This document shows, piece after piece, positions 12,580-25,937 of a stretch of DNA of 64,000 bases. The translations under genes were made by a program, and so were the position numbers. Under the pieces are notes generated by a model. The model was not told the origin of the DNA. It saw nothing but the letters and a program-made list of their open reading frames with translations, and made no database searches. Within the stretch, counting starts at the first letter, position 1, and every line of letters begins with the position of its first letter. This DNA comes from Tubiluchus corallicola (lineage: Eukaryota; Animalia; Priapulida). Location: assembly GCA_030141605.1 (NCBI GenBank), contig JAQGDQ010000277.1:62001-126000 (forward strand), written 5' to 3'.

Positions 12580-13762
12580 GTTCTTAATCCGCCCCACGAA
12601 CTAATCTTTTGTGCGGGGAATTTCAAGCAAAAACTAAACAAAGTAAAATAAAAATAAAATAAAAATGGCTTACGTAATGGCTAACCTCAAGCAAAAGTGC
12701 TATGTCTACCTTGTATTAATATATATATATAATATATATATATATAATATCATAACACGTATCATCTTATTTAACGAAGTAATAGCAAAAATCGACTTTA
12801 GCGATAACTTGTGATTGCTAATACTAATAATAATTGCAGGCTGAAATCGTCATCTACTTTAAAATTTGCTGACATGTTTTTGTTGCAATTTCTGCAATTA
12901 TATCGCCTGCCGTTGCCTAGCAATTAAACGCGTATAAACATGGCTGTCGTTCAGGATTACTGTTTTAAATTCTCTTCCTAAATTGGGCGAAGTTAATAAC
13001 CATAATCATGGCGCTGCGTGTACGACGATTGTTTCAGTTTTACTCAATAATAACTGTGCAAAGTAGATTATTTGTCATACGTTGGGATTTAGTTAAGAGT
13101 CAGGAGTGACACTAAGCCCTTTTGAGCCCCAATTATTAGTTGCAACGTAAGGGCGTCACGGGCGAAGCAGAAAAATTAAGTTGAACGCCGACCTTCATTA
13201 TAATTTATTTGCAGCATACAGAAAAAATTCTGTTCTTGTTACTTTTCTAGCAACAAAGTGCAAAACTAACAAGTATTTGGTAATATTGTTTGTTTATTAC
13301 TATACATGATAATAGCTATAATTCGGCAAACCATCTCAAAACGCAAGGATCCACATTTAGCACCGCCCTGTAATCACGTGACTGCGCGAACACCTCACTC
13401 TAGTATCCGCCCCGTCTAGCTGCGTAAAACACTTTGCACAATAAATCCATCTGCTTCAACTTTATTATTTAAGTTGCACACATTGATAGTAAACAGTCTT
13501 TGTTGACACTTATAGTATTACCATTTGTAGTGCATGTTTCATTAACTCATTAACTTTATAAAGGATAATTATGGGAACTAGTCTTTATGCAATCTGAAAC
13601 AGTTTGTGCGTGAACGAAAATAAACGTCAGTTCTTCAGATAGTTAAAAGACGTAGTAGCTAAACGTTTTAAACTGAAACTAATTATCAGGAGGATTAGCC
13701 AGTGCGTTGCTTTCGCGAAGTTGCACCTTTACAGATCACGTGGCAAAGGTCAATTTGGTGAC
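12580..13762 (+). promoter_or_regulatory. Putative Rx proximal promoter/5' region
   Basis: K50/Otx-type TAATCC/GGATTA at 12585, 12954 and 13692; E-box TCACGTGAC around 13374-13382; GC box CCGCCCC at 13407; all directly upstream of the Rx ATG. Motif presence only; TSS unknown. Confidence 0.4.
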
Positions 13763-14126
13763 ATGGAAAACGGATATTCTCGCGAAAACTCTTTGTTCAA
13801 CCACAAGTCTTACAATATGAATGGAAGCATTAATAGCAAAAGCAGTAACAATAACAATAACAGCAATATCAACAGCAGTGAGGATAGTACCATCACCACT
13901 TCCAAAAACAATAATAATAATAATAACAACAACAACAATAACAATAACAACAACACGAACAACGTTTTGTTGACCAACCCGTCATATTCCATCGACGCTA
14001 TTCTTGGGAAAGCTGAAAGGGGTTTCACTCTTGCCAAGTGGTCGTCCGGTTATACCAGTGTCCAGTACGACCAGAGCGCAGCAGCACTTCGCCAGACGGA
14101 CAATAACTGCATCAACGCACCAAATG
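13763..14126 (+). CDS. rx: Retinal homeobox Rx, coding exon 1 (poly-Asn tract, octapeptide YSIDAILG)
   Basis: ATG at 13763; octapeptide/eh1-type motif YSIDAILG; donor AATG|gtcagt in phase 1, matching exon 2. Confidence 0.85.
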
Positions 14127-14727
14127 GTCAGTTTCTAACGCTAATTAGCTATATAATACTAATTAGGCGATTTTCCCTAGATTTCACTAGCAGTTAAGTG
14201 CGTTTAATTTAGAAGTACTTGTATAGAAGAAATGTCCATTAAAAGATTACCTGACTCCTGCAGAGCATAAGTTAAATACGGTAATTGGCTTTCTCGCCGT
14301 GCGAGGGCGTACTTATTGCGTAAGTATGTAATTTTGCTGTTTGTGGTCGGCTTTGCTTTGTGCACCGTTCTCAGCATGCAGCCTGTTTGGGAGTCGCATT
14401 ATTACACAAAGCTTTAAATTACCTAATAAGTTGGTAAATTCAAATGTGTTTTGTGTAGATGTTTGAAAAATGCTGTTTCACCCCGCCTCTCTACCCCTGT
14501 CTATTTAGAGAGGAAACTAACACGTCCCACTTCCGGTTTATTATTATTTTAAGCAGATGTTTGCCCATAGGCTTAATCTTTACCTAGTAATCTTTTTATT
14601 TTTTCAAATTCTCTTTATTTTTTTTTACAATACTGTGATTACTTTCTTCCCTTCTTTCCTTTACTTACACATTGATTGATTGGTTAATTAATTAATTAAA
14701 TAAATAATTAATTCATACATTCGTTTC

Positions 14728-14900
14728 TTCATTCATTCATTCATTCATTCATTCATTCATTCATTCATTCATTCATTCATTCATACATTCGTTCATTAAT
14801 TAATTAATTCATTCATTCAGTCAGTCAGTCAGTCAGTCAGTCATTCATTCATTCACTGAATCAGTCAGTCAATCAGCCATTCATTCATCACTCATTCATT
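14728..14900. repeat. (TTCA)n/(TCAG)n compound tetranucleotide repeat
   Basis: Direct reading. Confidence 0.9.
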
Positions 14901-16279
14901 CTCATTTTTGTTCAATGTGAATTTTCTTTTAACTGTTGTACTGACGTTCACGATACAAAGATTTACAAAAATAGAGTGGAAAACCTTTAAAATAAATTAG
15001 AAATGAAAAATTTAAATTGGTTTCAACTCATCTAAGCTACGTCTGAACTGTAACAGTGCATTCACATAACATTTTTAATTAAAGCTTTTATCTCTTTTAC
15101 TTGCCATACACAATGGAAGCTATAATTTGAAATTTTAAACGACTGCATAAATGAGCCTTATTTTTGAACGCTTCAAATTATTATTTTAATAAACCGAAGA
15201 CTCAGAATGTGTATGAGCGACACTTTATTTTAAAGCAATATTAAAATTCGAGTGTTGCAAAGATTACAAATCAATATTCTAAAATTCTACAATAATACAT
15301 TTTATTATTTTTTATTGTTATTTTTATATTGGGATTATTGAGTGACAATTATTTTTGCACATGAACTTATATAGTATTGACTATAGAACATAAATCATTT
15401 TAAGCATCATGTTACAATTATAATGCACTACGTTATCAAATGTTTTCTAATTGAAATTTAATGATGGTGAAAATCATGATGATGATGACGACAACGACGA
15501 CGACGATGATGATGATGATAATAATGACGACGCTGACGGCGGTGACTACGATGGTGATGATATTGTTCTGCCATCGGGTTCTCGCGGCCAGGGTAGTTAC
15601 AACAACCCCTGGACGGTTTGAGTCAGAGTTATCGGTGGGCGAGAGGCCCCTGTTCGAATACCACATCCTAAAATTAGATTGCTAAACCAAACGACTGGTA
15701 GACATTAATCAGCTTTAAGAGAGCGGCATAAGACCCTACTAACTTACTAATTGCAGAATAAAATAGTAAAACTTTAAATTCAACAAACTGTTAACGTTTT
15801 GTATATGAACGAAGCAATATAATTAAACTGAATAGCTGACTAGACTCAAAACATAAAGAGTAATTTACCTTAATTACCAGACCCTCACAATGACGCCTGA
15901 AACAGGTGGACGACAAGTCCTGGGAGGACGGGAGCAGGCTGGTCCTGTTTAGCGTTTAAACTTTCCCCATCAACCACTGAACTGAAAGATGCGGCGCTTG
16001 TATTTATAGATTTTACACAGGTAAAACAGGTAAGTATTTAAATTTAATCCAATCAAAGAGGTTTGTGAATTTCATGCAGGTAAGGTGATTACATTTTGAT
16101 TTACGAGTTGATTTTATTTTAAAGTGACTTTGAAATAACATGCAGGTCCTATATTTTGCGTTACTGAGTGAGTGAAAGTTTGAACGCAAAACAGAGCGAA
16201 GCTCCGCAACAACATTATGCTGAACTGATGATAAGGGTTTTATTTTTGATGATAACGATAATGATAATCGAAATTTTAG

Positions 16280-16500
16280 GTGCAACACATCACTTGACAA
16301 ATGAGAGCAGCAAAATTTCGCCGGAAATAGCCGAAGATTTGGAGTCATTGCAAAAGAAAAAACACCGACGTAACCGGACTACTTTCACTACTTTCCAGCT
16401 GCACGAGTTAGAACGAGCTTTCGAAAAATCGCACTATCCAGACGTGTACAGTCGAGAAGAATTAGCAATTAAAGTCAACCTACCAGAAGTACGAGTTCAG
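16280..16500 (+). CDS. rx: Rx exon 2: homeodomain helices 1-2
   Basis: attttag|GT acceptor (phase 1) and CAG|gtaaaa donor; [49 protein letters not shown] is the diagnostic Rx homeodomain; intron at the conserved PRD-class position (Q|V). Confidence 0.97.
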
Positions 16501-17613
16501 GTAAAATTGCTCGATTTTTATTTCATGCAATTAATTTTGAAACAATTTTGGATTTATTAATTTATCTATCATAAAGTGTTGGCTGTGACCTACGAGATTT
16601 TTCAACGTCTAAAAAGTATAGTAATTGTTTATTCGGTGCGTTTTAAACGAGTTGTTTAACACGGAGGTTTTACAATCAGTTGCAGTGAAATTTGTTCTGT
16701 AGTCAGCAAAAATATCGTGAATTTCAGTATTTTACCCGAATATGTAATATGTAATGTGATAATGTTCTTCTTTTAGTGAAGGGTTTCATCGGCTCACAAA
16801 ATCATACATTTTTTGAATTAAATTAAATTGACTCTTGTATGATGTCATAGAATATTCTTAAACTTAAATTTAAGTGACCAGTGACCAGTTTACAAGTCTG
16901 GATAATAAAGATACATCTTAACATCATTTGCTATCGTCATGTAAAGTGATATCAATAGTGAATAGACACGAAACATGGATTATAAACGTTTTTAAGTCTT
17001 TTTTAGCGAATAACGTAACGTGCATTAATATTGAATTTGATAGGTTCATGCAGAACGGTATTTTCTATTTTTGACCGTCAAAAAACTTCAAATAAAATTA
17101 GATCGTCCTGTGCATTCCGTATATTACAAAAGTGTATATCTGCTCGCACTGTTTAACTTTTGTTATCTGCGTTGCTTTAAAAGCAGCTGCTTAGACTACC
17201 CGGCAGCGGAATTTACAAAGTGCAACTTTTATTAAACTAGATATAGACAAGTAAATTATATTATTGTAACATTTATATTTCTTATCTTTTCAAAGTAAAA
17301 CGTAAATTGGGACTAGAGATTGCATGATCAAGAAAGAAATTAGAACATTTACAAAACGAGAAAAAATTAATTTAGTTAATCAAAAACTTCTTAATTTCTT
17401 TCTCTTTTAAACTCGTATTTTTCTCAATCATCTAATTAGATGTAATTCAGCTTGTGCTGATGCAAAATCCCTTCCTCATTAGTAGAGTGATGAGTATAGA
17501 GTGATGACGTGCCGCATCTTAACGCTAAACCTCTTTGTCAACTGTCAGCGTTAATCCATGATTTGTTCAACAAACTAACTACGCACTGAGAAGAGAGAAA
17601 AAAGGAAGATATG

Positions 17614-17904
<291 letters not shown>

Positions 17905-20041
17905 GTAACTGGCTTTCTATCTTGACAGGTGCCCCATAGTGTTGCCAAACAACATATCTGATAACACTTGACAACAAATGAATAGAGAGAATAATTTTTT
18001 TCGTTGAAAGACAGAATAAACAAGTTCTTTTACATTTAGCTACTGTTAATAATTGACGATCTAACATTAGTATTACCTTTGATTGTTTTATTGCAAGCCG
18101 TTTTAATACAGCACTGTGATTATTGTCACACCAGATCTCAGCTGTACTTAGAAAACATGGAGCAACAGTTAAGTGACTATTTTATTCTAAAATATCCCAA
18201 ATTCATTTATTCATGAATTCTAGTTGTACATGTATTTTGCTTCGGCATTTTCAGGATTGCAGTCATTTCAACACGTTTTAACAGTACGAAGAGGAAAAGG
18301 GGCCCATTATTGGTTGTTCCTGTAATAAATTGCGCCGACTATAATGCTTTTTAAACTCAAAAACATTTTAAAATCATTGAAACTAAAACTTTATCGCACG
18401 TTTTAGGAAAATACCCTGTTCTTTTAAAATTCAAAACCATAGATTAGTTACGTAATTCACTTTTACGATATTTTACATAATTCACTTTAGTTTTCAGGTT
18501 TTTAAAATGTTATTTAGTAATAAGCTAAAAATCATAGTACTGGTAGCAACAACATAAGTAAAGTAGTCATACTTACTGAAAAAATAAAAAAGTGAATTTT
18601 TTAAAATCACTTTGGCGTTTACCCAGTTCTAAATTTGCTGTATTTCTTTCTGGTTCAACGATAATCACCAACGAAAACGAGAAAATAAATGCTGATCTGA
18701 CGAGAAAACAAATTATTTGAGTAAAAAATGTTGATTTTTACTGTTATAATGTGTTATAATATTATACGACAACTTTGTCTTACGTGAGAAATTGAAAAAG
18801 ATAAGCACCTTGATACCAAAAAACAACGCCTTTGAAGATATTACCAATTTCACGCTCAAATTATGCCCACAGCTTTTCAAACAGAAATCTACATGGGCTT
18901 ATTTGCTAGAGGTGTATGAATCGATTCAAACAATTCAGTGATCAAATACAGTGAGAGTATGATTTACGCTGCTTTCCAACAACCCCAATAAATTCTGTAA
19001 ACTGAACAGATGTCATCGTGTGTAGAAGTTGCCTAATGATTCATTAGTCATATATAGTTACGTACAAATTGCTAATTATCCGTTTACGTCGTTTCTGCTG
19101 GGCTAATTTCGATAAAGCCAAACGTTTCAAGACTCGATTGTCGTGAAATTTCGTTTTTGCTCTGGCGGAGGCCCAATCACGAAGGGGCATCCTCGGCTGT
19201 CTGCATCTGCCGTGTGATGCAGGACGTTATAAATAAGTTATGAAATTTCAGCGAGTCCATTAGGCGACTAACGACGCTGGCTGATTGTATTATGCAGAAA
19301 GCCGTACGACAAACGGCAGCCCGTCCGCGTCATTTAGCGTCACCGCGTTGCGTCGCTATTAACTAAATCCCACTTCGCTCTGGCACTAAGTGTGTTCGCG
19401 CGCAATTGGACGATTTGGCCTAATTTAATCAGTGCGGTCGGGGAGATTGCTTAATTAATTGTTTTATTAGTTATTACAAGCATGAGTTGTTGCGAAGTGG
19501 CATCCGTGGACCGGAAGTTGCACAGGAGCCGCGTGACGAAGTTAAGGTGCGCTTTTGCAGCTGTTGCTATTGTTGTTGTTGTTGCTGTTGCTGCTGTTGT
19601 TTGTTGTTTTTGTTGTCGTTGTTGTTGTTGCTTGCTACTGCTGCTGCTGTTGTTATTGCTGACTCAGGTCATTTTGCAATGAATTTAAGAAAATTTATAG
19701 ACATTGAATTGTGACGGTCACAAAAGTTTCGATAGTATTTCTTAGTATTTTTATTAGTATTTCTCATTAGGCCAATGATTATAATTCAATTTTATGTTAT
19801 TCGTGATATGCTGATATTAGGAATAATAGTTTAATGCTAAAATGGTCTGATTTTTTTTTAGAAATTGGTAATCATGCTTATACCCTAAAGCACAATATTT
19901 TATTTATTTATTTCTTCGGTTATTAAGATACGACAAAGCCTATTAACCGATATCCAAAGACAATTATTTATTTATTCCTCGTAATATTTTTAGATTAACA
20001 AATTAGTTAAAGAAAAGGTCTTTTTGAAGCTGAAATGTTGA

Positions 20042-20046
<5 letters not shown>

Positions 20047-20098
<52 letters not shown>

Positions 20099-20165
20099 GC
20101 ACGCACGCACGCACGCGCGCGCACACACACACACACATACATACATATATACATATATATATATA
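20047..20165. repeat. (AC)n/(GCAC)n/(AT)n compound microsatellite
   Basis: Direct reading. Confidence 0.95.
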
Positions 20166-21379
20166 ATTTCTGGTAGAATCAGGGAGTTGATATTTGTTAG
20201 AACATAGATCAGCATTCATGACGCGATTCGATTAAGATGCTTATTACTTAATTGCCAAAGATTCTTTAAACAACAGTGCTCGCCTATCTTGCTATTCAAA
20301 ACTTCAACGTTGTTCTCCACTCTATCAATATTGAACATTTTATGATTAACATGACTATCATACCTAAGAAATTGATGGTTTTCAAACACCGGAACACCCG
20401 ACAGTTAGAAAAATGTTTAAAAATGTTTGTCATTCTAACTGTTTTCAATTCACCTGTTTCTGAGTTTTCTTTTCGTTAGGTTGGAATAACATTAACTTGT
20501 CAAAATTTTTGGAAACTAATTTTCACTGGCAGAGCTTGTGCTCAGGTGATTACTAAGTTAATTAGAAAGAACAGCCGACATATTATTCAGTTTATAAATT
20601 GAGATGCTTGTTTGCAGGTCTGCATAATTAAATGCATAAATTTTTTAACTTGGCTGAAATAATTGTTTTATAATAATGATTGCTTTATTTTACTTTCAGT
20701 TATATCTAATATTTAACATCGTTTTAGTTTTTTAATTAGTTTTAGGACCATTATTTGCTACAAATTTTCAACATCAGACATAAAATACAAATAACATCAA
20801 AGGAAGCAATCTTAATTATCCAATTATTTATTTGTTTACTGATTTATTTAATTATCAATTTATTTTAATATTTGCAATTTGTGTGGTTTTACTGGTTCAT
20901 TATCTGTGTTTTACAATATTGTAGAAACAAACAATACATAAACATGCGGTAGTTACATAAAAAATTAAAGGACAAGAGCCGAGAAGTAGGCCCATATGAA
21001 ATGGCTGAAAACCACAAATTTCATATTTAGAATTTAAACGTTTTTCAGGAAGAAAGTATTCTAGCGTACAAAATGAGCTTACGTATTGTCTTGTGACATT
21101 TGTAAATAAACTATATTGCACATACCAGGTCTACCAGCTACCAAAAAGGGAAATCAAACTGAAAGCAATATAAAACAAGCAATTTCATTCCAGTTCATAG
21201 ATTTTTAAAATAAATTACTACCATTAACTTTGCAAGTTTATGATAAATATTTGAAAAGGTGTATGAACTCTAAACTTACACAAGTGCAAATTTATACAAG
21301 TTGCATAAATTAGAATTAAGAGTAGTAAACCAAGATTGCAACCAAGTCAAAGGTCTTGATCCAAATTGATACTCATCTG

Positions 21380-22030
21380 GATGTTGTTCTTGTTCTTGTT
21401 GCTTTGGATACCTTTCTGAAAAAGCCTAAGGCTCCATGAATTCGCCATGTATCGGCAAGTAAAACCACAAAAATATACTACAACGAATTTTGTAGTATAT
21501 TATACTACAGCGGAATCGAGTTTTCGACCCGTCATTTCGAATTCAAGATGGCACAATAACATCATTTTCGAAAAAAACCTAAAATCCATTAATTAACAAC
21601 GGATCACCATGAAACTGGATAGGAATATACTAGAACGAATTCCTCATTTACTGACGGAGTCAGATTTTTGATCTGCCATTTTGATTTCTAGATGGCAGCA
21701 ACAACCAGAACGCTCCACCAGTTGTGTTAATCAAACACAAACGCGAATGATTTCCTTTATGCAGTTTATTGCATTTCAGAGGTATAAAGAAAATCATAAG
21801 GCAATTCTGAAGTGCTGCAATTCAAAAGGTCTTTTGAAGTGCGGTAAACTGTATGAAGAAAATCAAAATTTGCTGTTTGCATTTGATTAAAACGTTATTC
21901 CGCTGGGACACAACAAGGAACTTTACCGATTTGCAACGGATAGTCGTGAAACTCTACAGGAATATAATAGACAAATTCTGCGTCGATTGGCAGAGTCGAT
22001 TTTTCGGTTTGTCATCTTAAATTCAAGAGT
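21380..22030. mobile_element. Degenerate interspersed repeat with three internal ~85-bp subrepeats (non-autonomous element remnant)
   Basis: Three related segments (about 21461-21552, 21610-21700, 21948-22030) share aaac...aatata...aattc/t...g(g)agtc(g/a)...ttt...tcat(t/c)t...ttc(a/t)aga. Family not assigned. Confidence 0.45.
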
Positions 22031-23042
22031 TCTTAAATCCACGATCTGGAGTACAGCGGGTCAAACTTGTTGCAGCAATGCAGTACAAAAGTCCACAAAG
22101 CAAAAACAACCGAATATTTGCCTCAATCAAATAGTTTGTATGTTGCTTCGCATACTCTGTTTTGTGGCAAATCTTATATTTTTGATTGTGCAGTAATCAG
22201 TTTTTAGGTAACCTTTCATTCTATTCCTTATGCTGCACTTTGTAGACGACTTGCAAACCTAACTGACGAATTTCAAGTTAGATGCATGGCTTCAAAACAT
22301 TCTAAAATCATTCGAGTTAAATCAGTCAATTTATTCATTTATTTATCTACTTATGAATCCTTTCTAAAATTTTCCAAGTATTTGCTGGATGTTGCAGTAA
22401 TACAACCTTGATTCACTAAAGTAAGTAACGTCTAATTTATATAACTAATACAAATAATTTCCAAATTTTTAAAATGCACTAGGGACAGTGAGGGAGTACG
22501 ATTACAAACTCTTTTTAGCTAAAAGTTTTAGATTTTTAATCTGTTTTATTAATAATATTATGTGTATTTGGTAAATGTCTATAATGTGGTGTTACGTGTA
22601 CTAACCTAAAATAGAAACAAAAAATAAATAAATAAAATAATTAGTTTTTTACATTTTTCTTGAATCATTATTACTTTAAGTAATAGCTGAAATTGCATGT
22701 AACCGCCTTTCATCTTTTGTTCATGTTGTCTCTGAATTTAACGAATTTCTGCCTTGTCTGAACAATTTTTACTTTTCAGTGAAAGAAGAGTCCAATAAGC
22801 CACCCGCAGTGTTAATTAAGAGCGCAAATTTAGCGAGTAACAAGCATGGGCTCCTCTAACGCGTTCGGACACGCTAACTCAATTTACTATATTCGCTTAA
22901 TCATCCACTGATGTAATTGAATCAACTTCCCAACTATACCTAATTTACTAAGAACCTCCAAATGGGACTTAATGGGCAACGGGGCGTTTTAGGTCTCCCA
23001 TATGATTCTCTTCAGCTTTCAATTATTATTAACTGCTTGTGT

Positions 23043-23166
<124 letters not shown>

Positions 23167-24404
23167 GTTTTGTAGTGGGTCTGCAACATTATTAGCAAGA
23201 GGGCGCATTCCCGCCGTACCACTTTACTGATGACTACAAAATTCAAAACGTTGACTCACAATCATATATCTATAGCGTTAGAGCCATTCTAAAATACACA
23301 CAGGGGCTTAAAAACAAATCTCATAACACCTACCTTGTAGTTTAAATTTTTTTATAATGTATAACTCTTCTGCTATGCGTTGTTGCGGTACGTAGCATTA
23401 GATTCTCTGCCTAATGATGCGGATTCGTCTTAGCCCAATTTATTTGCTGTTGCACTGCTTTTTTCAGCAAGCAAAGCTTATAATGATTCTGTCCTGACCT
23501 TCGTTTGTGATTTTTTCATAGGTTATTATGTATAAGCGTACTTTCATCTACTGCACGCTCTCTCGTGAGTAATTTACTACTAGACAAAAAAACCGGAATT
23601 CCAACGCGCATTATTGCATTCTGGAAGACCAATTTAGCTCATAAAGCTTTCATTGACATTATGAAATCAGCTTTACTATCTGCTCGCCGCTCGTAAGTAC
23701 AAAATTCACTTTATTATTATCGACATCATCAGCAAGTCAAAATGGTTGCCATCACTTAGGGCTTACGTATTTTGCTCTTTCCCTGGAGAAACAATCAATT
23801 TGTGGCTGCTTAACTAGAATCACCGAGAGAGAATGTGGTGAATTGGAAATGGGAGATTCGATTAAACACGTCAAATCTTCTTGTTCGGTGCTCGCTGCCT
23901 TTAATGGACGCCTGACTTCTGATGTGATGGGTGACAAAAAGCTAAACAATTCATGAAACTCACAGGAAACTATCTTCTTTAAGGATGTATATAACAGCTG
24001 ACCAGGGTCTTAACATATATTCTTAAGCTTAAATGTTTAAAATTATTCTCTCCTCTCTCCCTCTCTCTTTCTCTTTCCTTTTCACTGTTATAATCTCATT
24101 GCATTTACGAAAACTACTGTGGCTGTAGTATAAGTAATACGGGCAAGAAATTAACAGAAGACCGACCAAAATGCTTGAGGGGACTGAATTTTGGCTGCAC
24201 CAACACAGAAACGTTTCAATGGATTTGAGAGAAGATGCTTTTTCCATCTCAGCACCTGCTCCGCAGGAAGAGTCAGGCATGGAGCACGAGTTATCTGGGA
24301 GTTTTTTCTACTCATTGTACTTTAATTTTTCTGGTTTTTGATGTCTTAACTATAAGATAAAAGAACCGGCATATCAGCACCACCTGCCTTCACTACTATT
24401 ATTA

Positions 24405-25253
24405 ATACTAATACTGATGCTGATGCTGATACTGATGCTCATGCTCATGCTCATGCTCATGCTCATGCTCATGCTCATGCTCATGCTCATGCTCATGCTC
24501 ATGCTCATGCTCATGCTCATGCTCATGCTCATGCTCATGCTCATGCTCATGCTCATGCTCATACTCATACTCATACTCATACTCATACTCATACTCATAC
24601 TCATACTCATACTCATACTCATACTCATACTCATACTCATACTCATACTCATACTCATACTCATACTCATACTCATACTCATACTCATACTCATACTCAT
24701 ACTCATACTCATACTCATACTCATACTCATACTCATACTCATACTCATACTCATACTGATATTGATACTGTTATTAATACTAATCCTAATGCTAATGCTA
24801 GTTCTAATACTAATACTAATACTAATACTAATACTAATACTAATACTAATACTAATACTAATACTAATACTAATACTAATACTAATACTAATACTAATAC
24901 TAATACTAATACTAATACTAATACTAATACTAATACTAATACTAATACCAATACCAATACCAATACCAATACCAATACCAATACCAATACCAATACCAAT
25001 ACCAATACCAATACCAATACCAATACCAATACCAATACCAATACCAATACCAATACCAATACCAATACCAATACCAATACCAATACCAATACCAATACCA
25101 ATACGAATACGAATACGAATACGAATACGAATACGAATACGAATACGAATACGAATACGAATACGAATACGAATACGAATACTAATACTAATACTAATAC
25201 TAATACTAATATTAATATTAATACTAATACTAATGCTCTAGTACTAATACTAA
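24405..25253. repeat. Compound hexanucleotide array (ATGCTC)21(ATACTC)32...(ATACTA)23(ATACCA)26(ATACGA)13(ATACTA)n
   Basis: Direct reading; block starts at 24435, 24561, 24807, 24945, 25101 and 25179. Confidence 0.95.
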
Positions 25254-25815
25254 TAAATTCCTTTAATTTCCTTTAATTACACCGTTTTTCTAGAAATAAT
25301 TTAATATAAATATAATTTTTAAAAATAAATTTAAAGTCATAAACCTTGTTCAAAATTGTTGAATGAACTGATTCATAAATCACAGTGAGAATAACCGAAG
25401 ACACTACTGATTCGTTTCCTACTTACAAAATTTTATTTGTGATATTAATTTTTCAAATATAAGTTTTTGTATCATTTTATACACAATTAAGGGCATTTTG
25501 TCACATTTACCGATACGTTTAGTATATTACGACAGGCATTTGATGATCTGTTGTGATATGTTGAAATATATATACGAGCAATATGTCAGTAATGAAACTG
25601 TAAAAAACGTCTGAAACGCTATGCATTAAAACTTTATAATTAATAAAAGTACTTGTTAAATTTGACAATTAATTTTTAAGTTAGTTTTAGTTGCGTTTTT
25701 CGTATTCTTATATTTATGTATTTGTATCTATGTATTAGATTCTGAAATAAATAAATAATTCTATAATAAGAATTTTAATTATCTTTTAAAAAAATTATGT
25801 AATAAGTTTTATATA

Positions 25816-25937
<122 letters not shown>

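Noticed and set aside
13721-13762. TTG-initiated N-terminal extension of Rx from the ORF track
   Set aside because: Non-ATG start is an artefact of the ORF caller; the first in-frame ATG is 13763.
15892-15957. Possible pre-miRNA hairpin in Rx intron 1
   Set aside because: Only the outer ~12 bp pair; the inner stem is poor and I recognised no known miRNA.
16146-16279. Upstream acceptor (tgcag|GT at 16146) or longer Rx exon 2
   Set aside because: The phase-1 reading hits TGA within 9 codons; 16280 is the frame-compatible acceptor.
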